A DNA stretch of 62,223 nt, the filler included, from an uncultured bacterium (lineage in GTDB: Bacteria; CAYJOG01): the NCBI GenBank assembly GCA_964371695.1. It is 15 parts of 15 records of this genome, joined end to end, with 100 filler letters (N's around TTAATTAATTAA, not from the genome) between each part and the next. Parts side by side here need not be neighbours in the genome. Positions count along the whole stretch, not along the records: positions 8,414 to 12,516 come from CAYJOG010000320.1; positions 12,617 to 16,712 come from CAYJOG010000321.1; positions 16,813 to 20,876 come from CAYJOG010000322.1; 12 more parts are not named here. One strand, 5' to 3'. Position 1 is the first letter of the stretch. Each line of letters starts with the position of its first letter. Below are positions 8,950 through 19,007 of this stretch, piece after piece. The position numbers were made by a program, and so were the translations under genes. Below the pieces are notes generated by a model. That model ran no database searches, was not told the origin of the DNA, and saw only the letters and a program-made list of their open reading frames with translations.

Positions 8950-10113
8950 TTACCCCAGCACGCGGCTGATGGCTTTTTCGATCTGGGGCCACAGACCAGC
9001 GGGCACCTTGTCGCCCAGGGCGTCGCGCAGCGCCCGGCGCATGGCCTCTTGCGCCGCCTGGGCCTTGGGGTTGAGCACCAGACTGCCGCTTTCCTGAAAC
9101 GCCTTGCAGGCAAACAGGATGGTGTAGCCATAGAGCAGCGTGGTGGCCGCCGCCACCGCCCCCGCCACCACCTGGGTCACGCCGGTGGGAATCTGGCTCA
9201 TGCCCTCAAGAATCAGGCGGAACGCCAGTTTGCCCGCGCTGCCCATGAGCACCGCCGTGGCCAGGCTCGCGGCCTGTTTGAAATCCATCGGCACGTTGTA
9301 CATGCCGGCGATGCGCAGGCCCAGGGCGGTTTGCAACGCCACCAGGGCGGGCAGGTCAGCCCCGGCCAAAGGGAGGGCGCCCACGCCAAAGGCCGCCGCC
9401 GCGGCCCCCAAAATCCAGAGGCTTGCCAGTTCCTCTTTGTTTTGTGGCGCGAGCGCCCGGGCGAAAGGGAGATCCTTGCCCACCTCCTCCAGACGCGTGG
9501 TGATCCACCGCAACAGGGGGCGCAGATGAATGGGTGAGGGACTCAGGCGCGGGTCCGGGTCAAGCGCGCAAAACAGGAAATCCTCGGCGGGGGCCCCCAG
9601 GCGCAGGCGGGCGTGTTCGGCAAACTCCTGCAAAAAAGCCATGGCCCCCTCGGCAGGGGTGCGCACCAAGTCCACCTTGTTCAGCGCCGCCAGCACCGGC
9701 TTGCCCAGGGCGCGGATGGACTGGTAATCCTTCTGCACCGGCTCGGTCACGCTGCCTTCGGCGTTGATGAAATAAAGAAACACGTCGGTGCGCTCAAAGG
9801 CCTTGCGGGCCGAGTCACTGAGCGCGCTCTGTGTGTCGTGCAGGCCGGGGGTGTCCAGAATCCACACCCGTTCGTGCCCCGGCAGTCGGGCGGCCTTGAC
9901 CTCGGTGGTGGAACCAGGCATGGGACTGATCTGGCCAAAATCGATGCCGAACAGGGTTTTGATGGCGCTGGTTTTGCCGCTGGAAACAGGGCCGGTGAAC
10001 GTGAGCGTCACGTCCCGGTCCAGCTTACCCTCCAGTTGCTGGCTTTCCTCCTGCCAGGCTTTTTCATAAAGCGCGGCGAGTTCCTCTGTGCTGATGTGCT
10101 CATTCGGATTCAT
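8950..10113 (-). CDS. Era-like GTPase with C-terminal DUF697/YcjF-like membrane domain
   Basis: G1 GPVSSGKT, G3 DTPG, G4 NKVD; hydrophobic PLAGADLPAL C-terminal region. Confidence 0.85.
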   Translation of the reverse strand: MNPNEHISTEELAALYEKAWQEESQQLEGKLDRDVTLTFTGPVSSGKTSAIKTLFGIDFGQISPMPGSTTEVKAARLPGHERVWILDTPGLHDTQSALSDSARKAFERTDVFLYFINAEGSVTEPVQKDYQSIRALGKPVLAALNKVDLVRTPAEGAMAFLQEFAEHARLRLGAPAEDFLFCALDPDPRLSPSPIHLRPLLRWITTRLEEVGKDLPFARALAPQNKEELASLWILGAAAAAFGVGALPLAGADLPALVALQTALGLRIAGMYNVPMDFKQAASLATAVLMGSAGKLAFRLILEGMSQIPTGVTQVVAGAVAAATTLLYGYTILFACKAFQESGSLVLNPKAQAAQEAMRRALRDALGDKVPAGLWPQIEKAISRVLG

Positions 10114-11947
10114 CTTTTCGCTGCACCACCTTTCCCATGGGTTCTGCGGCCACAATGAGCTTGGCCGGATAGTTGCTGCCGGGCAGCGTCAGGCTTTGCA
10201 GCGAGACCTCCCGCGTTTCGCCGGGTTGCAGTTCGGTGCGATACACGGTCACCTCCTGGGGCGGGGGCGTGGGCTTCACGCTCACCAGTTCGCGGTTGAT
10301 GAGAAACACGCCCCCCGCATAACCCGCCGCCGGGAAGAACTTGATCCACACCTTGCGGGCGATGTCCTGATCATTGTAAAAACGGACCTTGATGCGGTCG
10401 GTGCCGCCAAAGTTTCCCTTGATGTGGTGAAAGTTGGCCCCGGATGATTCAGGCAGGTAACCCAGGGACAGGTACTTCCACGCATCGCTGGTGGCGTGTT
10501 CGATTTCCTGGGGCACCTCGGCATAGGAAAACACCAGTTCGGGGTGATTGTTGGGCAACGTGCCCGCGCCGGGGCTGTCGGTGTAGGCGTCCACCACCAG
10601 TTCCAGGTCTCCCCCCACGGCCTCCAGATTCTGCACGCTGCTGATGACCTCGCGGGGCTTGACGGTGTAACGCTGCACAATGGCCTGACTGCCGGGGGCA
10701 ATGGTCAGCCCCAGTCCCGCGCCCTGCTGGGTCTGTCCCAGAAACCCCAGGCCGGAGACGTAGCCCGTGAAACTCTCGTGGGGACTTGGCCCCCCTGTGG
10801 ACCCCTGCCAATAAAGGGACACGCTGTGCTCACCCCGGTTTTTGGCCTTGACCGAGTAGATCTGCCGCTGGGGCGAATCATTGAGGTGGTGCAGCATGAA
10901 CCGCACGGGCACACCGGCGCTGATCACGCCCTCGAACAGGCGCTGGGGGCCTTTTACCCGTTCGGGGGAATTGCTCATGTAAAGCCGCGCCGGGGACATG
11001 GGCGTGAACTGCCCCACGGTGACTTCCAGACTGGTCTGACTCACGAGGTCAAAATAATTGGCCCCGCCGATTTTCACCGTCACCGGCACGGCGTGGTTGC
11101 CCGCCCCCAGCGTGGCGGGCATTTGAAAAGCCAGCGAGGTTTCCGCCCCTTCGCGCTCAAACACGTTGGCGGCAATGGCGGCGCGGGCCATGGCCAGCAC
11201 GTCGGCGCGGGGCGGCGGCGGGCTGCTGATGAAAAGCCGCATGGGGCCGGTCACCAGACCCGCCCGGTAACGACACTTGATGAACACCTCCCGCGTGAGC
11301 GTTCCCTTGCGCAGGCGCAGCACCCCTTCACCCGCCCCCAGGCCAGTGAGCGTCACCGCGCCAGTGGGCATCTGCTTCCAGGCATAAAAATCCTTGGCGG
11401 ATTCGGCCAGCACCTCCACGGGCCAGCGGGCCGTGGCCTTGTCCTCACCCAGCAGCGTCTGGGATTCCCCTACCCCCAGATAAACCTTTTCTTTCAAATC
11501 AGGCATGGCGGGCAGGGCCGAGAGGGCCTCGCCCAGGCGCCGCTCCACAGCCGCCAGAGCCTGGGCGGTGCGCCCGCCATATGCCTTGCCCTGCCCCCCC
11601 GCCGGAACGCCCCAAAGGCTGAGATCCACCGGTGTCACCGTGAGCACCGGCACGCCGGCCACCTTGAGCACCATGGGATATTTGCCTGCAAAAACCGCCG
11701 ATGGAGGCGCGTTCACCCCTGCCAGCACCCGCTGAAGATTGGCCGCCACCACGGCGAGGCGGTCTGCCCCACCCTTGCCCGTGGCCAGTGTGAGGGCTGG
11801 TTTTTGCTGTATCAGCAACTCACCCACACCCGCCTGGGCGCTGGCGGAACCGCTCACCACCTCTGGCGCGTAACCCGCCCTGACTGGTGAAACCATCAGG
11901 CACCCCAAAAAGGCCAAACCCCACCCGCAGACTCTGAAACGCAACAT
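10100..11947 (-). CDS. Large secreted hypothetical protein
   Basis: Signal peptide ending VRA; SNSPE motif; overlaps the start of the GTPase gene. Confidence 0.7.
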   Translation of the reverse strand: MLRFRVCGWGLAFLGCLMVSPVRAGYAPEVVSGSASAQAGVGELLIQQKPALTLATGKGGADRLAVVAANLQRVLAGVNAPPSAVFAGKYPMVLKVAGVPVLTVTPVDLSLWGVPAGGQGKAYGGRTAQALAAVERRLGEALSALPAMPDLKEKVYLGVGESQTLLGEDKATARWPVEVLAESAKDFYAWKQMPTGAVTLTGLGAGEGVLRLRKGTLTREVFIKCRYRAGLVTGPMRLFISSPPPPRADVLAMARAAIAANVFEREGAETSLAFQMPATLGAGNHAVPVTVKIGGANYFDLVSQTSLEVTVGQFTPMSPARLYMSNSPERVKGPQRLFEGVISAGVPVRFMLHHLNDSPQRQIYSVKAKNRGEHSVSLYWQGSTGGPSPHESFTGYVSGLGFLGQTQQGAGLGLTIAPGSQAIVQRYTVKPREVISSVQNLEAVGGDLELVVDAYTDSPGAGTLPNNHPELVFSYAEVPQEIEHATSDAWKYLSLGYLPESSGANFHHIKGNFGGTDRIKVRFYNDQDIARKVWIKFFPAAGYAGGVFLINRELVSVKPTPPPQEVTVYRTELQPGETREVSLQSLTLPGSNYPAKLIVAAEPMGKVVQRKDESE

Positions 11948-12055
11948 GAACCCGCGGCATTCTAGATGCCCTCCACCCCGTTCATCCATGGAATTAACGT
12001 CCAAAGACGGAAGCTCCCGTTACGCCCAAACTCAAAAAAATCTGCGTTTTTTTGG

Positions 12056-12408
12056 TCATTTCAAAAGAAGCGACTGAACGGGAACCATTTTCACCTGTTT
12101 TATCCGGTCGTCATTGCTCAATAAAACCGCCTGCCAATCCATAGCAGTGGCCACAATCACGGCATCAGGCAATTTCAGCCCGGTCTTCTTTTTCACGGTG
12201 ATTGCTTTTTCTGCCACCGAATCGGTCAAGGGCAGCCGAACCGCAATCCCGAGAAAGTTCCTGATGGCGATTTCTTCTTCCCCCCCCCAAGACCTCCGAA
12301 ACAAAGCAATTCGATTTCGGTGATGACCGAAACACCATATTGCCCCAGCGGCAAGGGGTCGGCCAGTCTTCCACTCAACAAAAAAACCACCGCGTGGGTA
12401 TCTAACAT
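12056..12408 (-). pseudogene. PIN-domain (VapC-like) toxin, frameshifted at a G9 run
   Basis: Frame A: MLDTHAVV...SVITEIELL; frame B: EEEIAIRNFL...LKLPDAVIVATA...LLSND; the frames switch at 12280-12288. Confidence 0.8.
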
Positions 12409-12411
12409 AGT

Positions 12412-12516
12412 GTTGAGAAAGTCCCTCCTGGCCTTTCTCAACCCATTTTGCTCAAGTAAGACTCTCGCAAAATGGCGCTTTTGCAGGGGTTTCCCCACCC
12501 CCTGCAAGCGGTAAAA
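12412..12516 (-). repeat. R1-related element, partial (terminal hairpin with CTCCT/AGGAG loop plus two more hairpins)
   Basis: GTTGAGAAAGTCC-CTCCT-GGCCTTTCTCAAC matches the hairpin at 35197-35227. Confidence 0.6.
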
Positions 12517-12616
12517 NNNNNNNNNNNNNNNNNNNNNNNNNNNNNNNNNNNNNNNNNNNNTTAATTAATTAANNNNNNNNNNNNNNNNNNNNNNNNNNNN
12601 NNNNNNNNNNNNNNNN

Positions 12617-13147
12617 TGAAGATTCTCGCGTTTCCCGCAGGGCTTCGGTCTCCATTTTGCTCAACGCATTGATGGCATCCCGAAGTGATTCGCGGAGGGG
12701 AATGACCTCGTCGTCATACTTTTGGGCAATCACCGCGAGGGGCGTGGTGGTCTGGCGAAGCGTTATCAGGCCGTCCACGGCATCGCGCAGTTCGGTGTTG
12801 CGCTTCTGAATGGTTTCCAGCAACTGTTTTTCTTCGGGTGTTTTGCCGAGATTCCCGAGACGGTCCAGGATTCCCTGCACCTCTTCACGGAAATCTTTCA
12901 GTTGCAGAAGGGCCTGCTGGTCTCCGGTCAAAAGAAAACGCAGGACGGCGCCGGACTTGCGGGCGTTTTCGCCAGAGAGCCTTTCCGCCTCCACAAGGAT
13001 TTCGGCGTTCACCGCAATGAGGTTGTCTTTGACAGCCACCACCGAGCGGAGGGAAAAAATGGAAATCGCGCCCACCAGCGTCGTAAGCGCCACCCCCACG
13101 GCAAATCCCGCGCCGACTTTTTTCCCGAAGGTCCACTGTTTGGCCAT
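12617..13147 (-). CDS. Methyl-accepting chemotaxis protein, N-terminal part (TM plus helical sensor; truncated)
   Basis: WTFGKKVGAGF TM1 followed by a four-helix sensor-like region; directly downstream of cheW. Confidence 0.75.
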
Positions 13148-13153
13148 GTGTGA

Positions 13154-13696
13154 TTACTCCTTTTTTTTCAAGGCGTCCCGGGACGCCAGGTCTTTGATGA
13201 CTTCAAGCACTGAGGGAAGATGCAGAACAGGGCGCGTGGCCCCGTTGCAACGCACCACTTCGCGGACATGTCTGCTGGCGGGGCCTGTGCCGTGGTGGCG
13301 GGCAAAGGCGGCGGGCGGCATCCGCAGGTGGCCTTCAAAGGCGTCAAAGGCCAGGGCAACGGGGTGTGCGCCGGACAACATCACCAGCCAGCGAGGGGGC
13401 GCCGACACCCCATAATCCAGCAAAGCCCCCAGGTTGTAGACCGGCGCAAGCACCCCGCGAAAACCCGCCACGCCGAGCAGTGTCGGCACAGGCCCCGGCA
13501 AGGCCACGATTTTTTTATCCGCGAAAAGCCCCCTGATTTCACGCAGGCGCAGCGCATAGGGGTCCGGGCCGACACGCAGGGCCAGCAGGTCTTCACCCAC
13601 CACTTCACCGGGCCACCGTTCCTCTGCAAAAGAGCGGTCGAAAGTCCGGCGCAGTTCAAGTGCTTTTTCGGAAAGGGGGGAGTGGGACTGACTCAC
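13154..13696 (-). CDS. cheW: CheW-like protein
   Basis: LRRTFDRSFA, LPGPVPTLLGVAGFRG...PVYNL; GTG overlaps the cheR stop. Confidence 0.85.
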   Translation of the reverse strand: MSQSHSPLSEKALELRRTFDRSFAEERWPGEVVGEDLLALRVGPDPYALRLREIRGLFADKKIVALPGPVPTLLGVAGFRGVLAPVYNLGALLDYGVSAPPRWLVMLSGAHPVALAFDAFEGHLRMPPAAFARHHGTGPASRHVREVVRCNGATRPVLHLPSVLEVIKDLASRDALKKKE

Positions 13697-15201
13697 GGGC
13701 GACCTCCACGGGCGTCCAGTTCTGTTTTGCAAAGTGACAGCAGGGCCTCGCGGCCAAACCCGCCGCCAAACAGCAACAGGCGTGAAGAATCTTCACCCTG
13801 AAACAGCAACAGGGCCTGCCCCAGTTCCCGGCGCGACATTTCCTTGTCTCCCATCCGTTTGGCCAGCAAACCCAGGTGCAGCCGCGGCATGGCAAAACCG
13901 GGGTCCAGGTAGATGGCGGTTTTGTCATACTCGGCCGCCCCGGCCCGGTCTCCCACGCCTTCGCGGCAAAGCGCCAGCACAAAGTGCGCACCGGCGTTGA
14001 GTTCGTCCAGCGCCAGGAGTTTGCGGCAGGTTTCTTCGGCGGCGGCAAACTGGCTGCTGTGAGAAAGCAGAACCGCCTTCAGCAGCAGGACATCGGGGTC
14101 CTGCGCCGATTCAGGCGGAAAACCGCTTACCCGGTCCAGCGCCTCTGAAAAACGCTCTTTCTGCAACAGGTCCAGCGACTGTCCCAGGTCCCACCCCGAC
14201 TCCGCCGTCCCCTTTGGCAGATCCGGCCTGCGGCTGAGCGCATGGATGCGCTCGGCGGCCCTGCCGATCACATCTACCCAGGTGTCTGCCCCCTGCACCA
14301 GGGCCAGGAGCGGCTGCCCCTGCACCAACGCACCACCGTTTTGTGGCGCCATGTCCCTCGCGACAGGGTCCTGGGCTTCGCGGCGCTGGTAATAAAACGA
14401 CTCATGACTGTGGCAAAGGTGAAAGTCCTGTGAAAGGCCGCGCAGGGTTTCCGCGTGACCCAAAAACAGATACCCGCCCCGTGCGAGCGACTGCCAGATG
14501 CGCGCCACCAGCGCACGGGCGTTTTCCGTGGAAAAATACATCAGCACGTTGCGGCAAAAAACGATGTCATAGGATTCCGGCGCCCACAGGTCGGGGTCTT
14601 CACAGGCCAGATTTTTTTCTTCAAAGGTCACCGCGGCGCGTGCGGTTTCATTCAAAAGAAACTCCCGGCCTTCCTGCTGAAACCACTGGTTTTGCAGTTC
14701 AGAGGGGGTTTCCCGAAAAGCCCAGTTGGAGTAACGGGCCAGTCGGGCTTTTTGAAGAACGGCAGGGTTGATGTCCACCGCGCGGATGGAAACCTTCCAG
14801 GCAGGGTCTGGCAGCGCCCCGTGAATGAGCACCGCCAGGGAATAGGCTTCTTCTCCCGAGGAGCAACCCGCCGAAAGGACACGCAGGTGTTTGTGGGCCG
14901 ACCGAAGCCGCAACCTGTCCGCCAGCGCCACCTCGGCAAAGGCGTGAAACTGGTCTGTGTGCCGGAAAAAATAGGTTTCCCCCACGGTGATTTCCTGGGC
15001 CAGATCGCCCAACAAGGCCTGGGACGGGTGGTGGGCCAGTTTTTTGAGATAGGCCGCCTGGGAGCAGCCTTCCGCCGCCACCCTCCGGCGCAGCACTTCG
15101 CCCAAAAAGCCCAATTTGGCCTCCTCGAACTGGATTCCCGTCAGTTGTGCAATCAAGCGGCGGAAAGCTTCCACATCAGCGGGGTGCGTGGGCTGGGTCA
15201 T
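13693..15201 (-). CDS. cheR: CheR methyltransferase with C-terminal TPR repeats (WspC/FrzF-like)
   Basis: TVGETYFFRH, SAGCSSGEEAYS, DIVFCRNVLMYF, LGHAET; TPR-like C-terminus. Confidence 0.92.
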   Translation of the reverse strand: MTQPTHPADVEAFRRLIAQLTGIQFEEAKLGFLGEVLRRRVAAEGCSQAAYLKKLAHHPSQALLGDLAQEITVGETYFFRHTDQFHAFAEVALADRLRLRSAHKHLRVLSAGCSSGEEAYSLAVLIHGALPDPAWKVSIRAVDINPAVLQKARLARYSNWAFRETPSELQNQWFQQEGREFLLNETARAAVTFEEKNLACEDPDLWAPESYDIVFCRNVLMYFSTENARALVARIWQSLARGGYLFLGHAETLRGLSQDFHLCHSHESFYYQRREAQDPVARDMAPQNGGALVQGQPLLALVQGADTWVDVIGRAAERIHALSRRPDLPKGTAESGWDLGQSLDLLQKERFSEALDRVSGFPPESAQDPDVLLLKAVLLSHSSQFAAAEETCRKLLALDELNAGAHFVLALCREGVGDRAGAAEYDKTAIYLDPGFAMPRLHLGLLAKRMGDKEMSRRELGQALLLFQGEDSSRLLLFGGGFGREALLSLCKTELDARGGRP

Positions 15202-15659
15202 GCCGGGGGCCTTTCCGCCGACATGGCCGCCAGCAGTTCCTCTGGCACAATCCGCGCATGGCTTAAAACAACCAGCAATTCCTCATCCAGAACACCCATG
15301 GCGGAAATCGCCTCAGCCCCTGCATCACGCAGAAGCGGGGGCAAATCCCCAATCGCCACGTTCCCCAGGGCAAACACCCCCAACACCCCCTCCACCGCCA
15401 GGGCCACAGACCGGTCTGCAGCCCTTAAAGTCACAAAACGCCCCGCAGGCGCCTGGGGATCCCCCAAAAGTTTGCCCACATCCACCACAGGCACGGGTTT
15501 TCCCCTGATAATGGACAGACCTTCTACAAATAATGGCGGTCCTGCAAAAACCTCGATGGGCAAAGGGCGCATGATCTCAATGACGTGCGTCAGGGGAATG
15601 GCGCAAAGGCGATTCCCAACCCGGCAGACAAGCGACTGACTGACTGCAGGGTTCTTCAT
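15198..15659 (-). CDS. cheW: CheW-like protein
   Basis: AIPLTHVIEIMRPLP, GLSIIRGKPVPVVD. Confidence 0.9.
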   Translation of the reverse strand: MKNPAVSQSLVCRVGNRLCAIPLTHVIEIMRPLPIEVFAGPPLFVEGLSIIRGKPVPVVDVGKLLGDPQAPAGRFVTLRAADRSVALAVEGVLGVFALGNVAIGDLPPLLRDAGAEAISAMGVLDEELLVVLSHARIVPEELLAAMSAERPPA

Positions 15660-15669
15660 TCCAAGCCAG

Positions 15670-15697
15670 ATGTTACCATTACACTAATCAATGTAAA
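15670..15697 (-). promoter_or_regulatory. Putative sigma70 promoter of the chemosensory operon
   Basis: TTTACA-N16-TAACAT with an extended TG, just upstream of the cheW ATG. Confidence 0.45.
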
Positions 15698-15955
15698 GAA
15701 AATGTTGTGTATAAGCTTGTCTGTGGGTGAATTAAATGAGTGTTGACAAACAACGTTCCTACATAAAAATTCGCCCGTGTACTCCCCAAAAAATGTTCCG
15801 ATCAAGGTTCATTCGTATCAGTCCGGTACAAATTTCGGGAGGCGAGCAGCTTGAAGCCGCGTGAGGGAGAAAGCCGGGAGGCTGACGCCATCACGAAGGC
15901 TTGGTTACTGATGGCTGACCCTGATTTTTTCAACGCGAAATAGATTCTGGCCAAG

Positions 15956-16195
15956 CTACCGTATGACTGGATGGTCCATCCGGGGAGGAAAGCGAAGTTG
16001 TTCCTGGCAGCGTCTGTCAGGCCGGTTGGCAAACCTTTTGTTACCCAAGCTTTTCAATTTGTCTTCGAGCATCTGAATCTGGACACGAAGGGTGGCGTTC
16101 TCCAGACGAAGATTGGTAGAGGACTTGAGACCAATTTTTAACCAAAACAACATTAACTCTGAGCGATGAACCGGTTTGGAAACGGGTGCTGCGAA
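15956..16195 (-). mobile_element. Degenerate remnant of an integrase-core-type IS (5' end plus short ORF 16153-15956)
   Basis: KSSTNLRLENATLRVQIQML resembles the N-terminus of integrase-core transposases; 16145-16182 recurs (36/38 identical) at 37451-37488. Confidence 0.5.
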
Positions 16196-16196
16196 G

Positions 16197-16712
16197 TCAG
16201 ACGGTTCGGTGAAAATTGGTATTGCAACTCTTTTTGTTCCCGCCAGCGGCGGTGGGCCAGCGCCAGAGGACGGGCAGGATGAGGAGCATGAAAAAGATAC
16301 CGGCGACCTGGTCCAGGAGGGCAACGTTTTTAAGGCCGAATAAGGTGACCTGGAGAGCGACGAACAGAACCCGGATGAGATTGGCGCCGATGGTGAGGCA
16401 CAGAACGGCGGGGAAATAAATGGCTGGGTGGGCGGGGATTCCTTTCAGGCCGATCAGGCTGAGGAGGAGGACGCCAAAGACTTCAAAATACTGAACCCCG
16501 GCGCAGTGCAGGCCGACGGTGAGCATCGCGCCGGGCAAAAGAAGCCTGGAGCCTTCGCGGAGGGTTTCGATGCCAAAGCTGCTCATCAGCCATGCAACCA
16601 CCAGGGCAATCCATTCGCTGAGAGGGGCCGCCACCAGGGCCACGACGCTGAGGCCGCCGCTCCCCTGCAGGGGCAGCGTGAATACCAGCATCATCAGACC
16701 GGGCCAGGCCCC
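16197..16712 (-). CDS. Exosortase/archaeosortase family protein (5' truncated)
   Basis: PGLMMLVFTLPL, LHCAG (Cys), ANLIRV (Arg); multi-TM. Confidence 0.65.
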   Translation of the reverse strand, partial: GAWPGLMMLVFTLPLQGSGGLSVVALVAAPLSEWIALVVAWLMSSFGIETLREGSRLLLPGAMLTVGLHCAGVQYFEVFGVLLLSLIGLKGIPAHPAIYFPAVLCLTIGANLIRVLFVALQVTLFGLKNVALLDQVAGIFFMLLILPVLWRWPTAAGGNKKSCNTNFHRTV

Positions 16713-16812
16713 NNNNNNNNNNNNNNNNNNNNNNNNNNNNNNNNNNNNNNNNNNNNTTAATTAATTAANNNNNNNNNNNNNNNNNNNNNNNNNNNNNNNN
16801 NNNNNNNNNNNN

Positions 16813-18597
16813 GTCGTGGACATGTCCGAAAGGGTGCTGGTGATTCGCGGCAACATGACCGTGAAGGACATTTCCGCCTCCCTGGGCATTCCGGCCAAGG
16901 ACATCATCACGTGGCTGTTCAAGGACATGGGGATTCCCGTGACCATCAACCACACCGTGGACCCAGACACCAGCCAGCTCATCGCCGAGCATTTCGGCGC
17001 GCAATTCGCCCACAAACTCAAGGAATCCGCCGGAGACGAAGCCCGGCTTGAGGTGGAAGACGACGCGACGCTGCTCAAGCCCCGCGCCCCCATCGTCACC
17101 GTCATGGGCCACGTGGATCACGGCAAGACCAAACTGCTCGACGCCATCCGCAACGCCCGCGTAGCCGAAGGCGAAGCCGGAGGCATCACCCAGCACATCG
17201 GCGCTTATCAGGTGACCCACAAGGGCAAACCCATCACCTTTCTGGACACCCCCGGCCACGAGGCGTTTACCCAGATGCGCGCACGCGGAGCCAATGTGAC
17301 CGACGTGGCGGTGCTGGTGGTGGCCGCCGACGACGGCGTGATGCCGCAAACCATTGAAGCCCTCAACCACGCCCGCAGCGCCAAGGTGCCGGTGCTGGTG
17401 GCGCTGAACAAGATTGACAAACCGGGCGTGAACCCCGACCGCGTGATGCAGCAGCTCTCTGAACTGGGGCTGCAACCCGAAGAATGGGGCGGCGACACCG
17501 TGTTTGTGAAAGTCAGCGCGCTCAAGGCCACCGGTATCGAACAGTTGCTGGAGATGATTCTGCTGATGGTGGAAATCCAGGACCTCAAGGCCAACCCCGA
17601 CCGCTTTGCGGTGGGCACCATCATTGAGGCTTATCTGGACAAGGCCCACGGCCCCACCGCCACCGTGCTGGTGCAAAAAGGCACCCTGCGCCCCGGCGAC
17701 AGCGCCGTGGCCGGCCTTTGCCGCGCCAAGGTGCGCCTGATGCTGGACGACCATGGCAACCCACTGCAGGAAGCCGGCCCTAGCACCCCTGTCAAAATCA
17801 CCGGCCTCACGGAAGTGCCCCAGGCGGGCGACCCGCTCTATGTCGTGGCCGACGAAAAACTGGCCAAGGACATTGTCTCGAACCGCAAACTGGTGGCCAA
17901 GGAAACACAACTGGCCGCCAAACGCAAAACCACTCTGGCGGAACTCTTCAGCCAGATAGAAGAAGGCGCGGCCAAGGAACTGCGCCTGATCATCAAGGGC
18001 GACGTGCAGGGCAGCGTGGAGGCCCTCAAGGACTCACTGGAAAAAATCGAGAGCAAAGAGGTCAACGTGCGCATCATCCACAATCAGGTGGGCGCGGTGA
18101 CCGAAAACGACATCAACCTGGCCGCCGCCAGCGACGCGATCATCGTGGCGTTCAACATTCCCACGCCCGCCGCCATCAAGCGCGTGGCCACCAACGAACA
18201 GGTGGAGCTGCGGGAATACAACGTGATTTACGACGTGATTGAAGACGTGAAGGCCGCCATGCTGGGCCTGCTTTCGCCCGACATGGAAGAACGCATCACC
18301 GGCGAGGCCGAGGTGCGCGCCGTGTTCAGCTTCAGCCGCGTGGGGAAAATCGCCGGGTGTTACATGCGCGAGGGCAAGGCCCGCCGCAACAGCCTGCTGC
18401 GCATTTACCGGGGCAAAGACCGCGCCCAGATTTTCAAGGGCAACGTGGAATCGCTCAAGCGCTTCAAGGACGACGTGTCCGAAGTGCAGTTGGGTTATGA
18501 ATGCGGCATCGTGGTGAAGGATTTCAACGACTTTGAAGAAGGCGACGTGTTCGAGTTCTTTGAAATGGTCGCCGTTGAACGCAAGGCCCTGGCCTGA
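16813..18597 (+). CDS. infB: Translation initiation factor IF-2 (5' truncated)
   Basis: [44 protein letters not shown]. Confidence 0.98.
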   Translation, partial: VVDMSERVLVIRGNMTVKDISASLGIPAKDIITWLFKDMGIPVTINHTVDPDTSQLIAEHFGAQFAHKLKESAGDEARLEVEDDATLLKPRAPIVTVMGHVDHGKTKLLDAIRNARVAEGEAGGITQHIGAYQVTHKGKPITFLDTPGHEAFTQMRARGANVTDVAVLVVAADDGVMPQTIEALNHARSAKVPVLVALNKIDKPGVNPDRVMQQLSELGLQPEEWGGDTVFVKVSALKATGIEQLLEMILLMVEIQDLKANPDRFAVGTIIEAYLDKAHGPTATVLVQKGTLRPGDSAVAGLCRAKVRLMLDDHGNPLQEAGPSTPVKITGLTEVPQAGDPLYVVADEKLAKDIVSNRKLVAKETQLAAKRKTTLAELFSQIEEGAAKELRLIIKGDVQGSVEALKDSLEKIESKEVNVRIIHNQVGAVTENDINLAAASDAIIVAFNIPTPAAIKRVATNEQVELREYNVIYDVIEDVKAAMLGLLSPDMEERITGEAEVRAVFSFSRVGKIAGCYMREGKARRNSLLRIYRGKDRAQIFKGNVESLKRFKDDVSEVQLGYECGIVVKDFNDFEEGDVFEFFEMVAVERKALA

Positions 18598-18647
18598 ACC
18601 ACCCGGCAGGCGCGGCCCTGCCCCGCCCCGCAGGAGGAAAATCTGTC

Positions 18648-19007
18648 ATGTCATCGGTAGACCGCAGACTGGAACGCATGAACAAGCGCATCATGCAGGC
18701 CTTGGGCAACGCCATTCTCATGGGCACCGGCAACCCCATGTTCAAAACCGTGAGCGTCACCCGCGTGGAAACCTCGCGGGACTACAAAAACGCCAAGGTG
18801 CATTTCAGTTGTTTCGACGAAACGCAGTCGCAGGTGCTGCAAAAAGCCCTGGCCACCAGCGAGGGCTTTTTCCGCGCCCGCATTGAAGAGGCCATCGAAC
18901 TGCCCATGGTGCCCCACCTGACATTTGTTTATGACCGCACCCTGGTGGATGCTCACCGGGTGAAGGAACTCATGGACCAGATCAAAAAGGAGAAGGAAGC
19001 GCCATGA
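18648..19007 (+). CDS. rbfA: Ribosome-binding factor A
   Basis: VTRVETSRD..AKV, PHLTFVYD; directly after infB. Confidence 0.92.
   Translation: MSSVDRRLERMNKRIMQALGNAILMGTGNPMFKTVSVTRVETSRDYKNAKVHFSCFDETQSQVLQKALATSEGFFRARIEEAIELPMVPHLTFVYDRTLVDAHRVKELMDQIKKEKEAP

Noticed and set aside
12056-13147. Functional link between genes on either side of spacers (e.g. PIN toxin with the chemotaxis genes, pntB with the redoxin)
   Set aside because: Different contigs ordered by length; the adjacency is arbitrary
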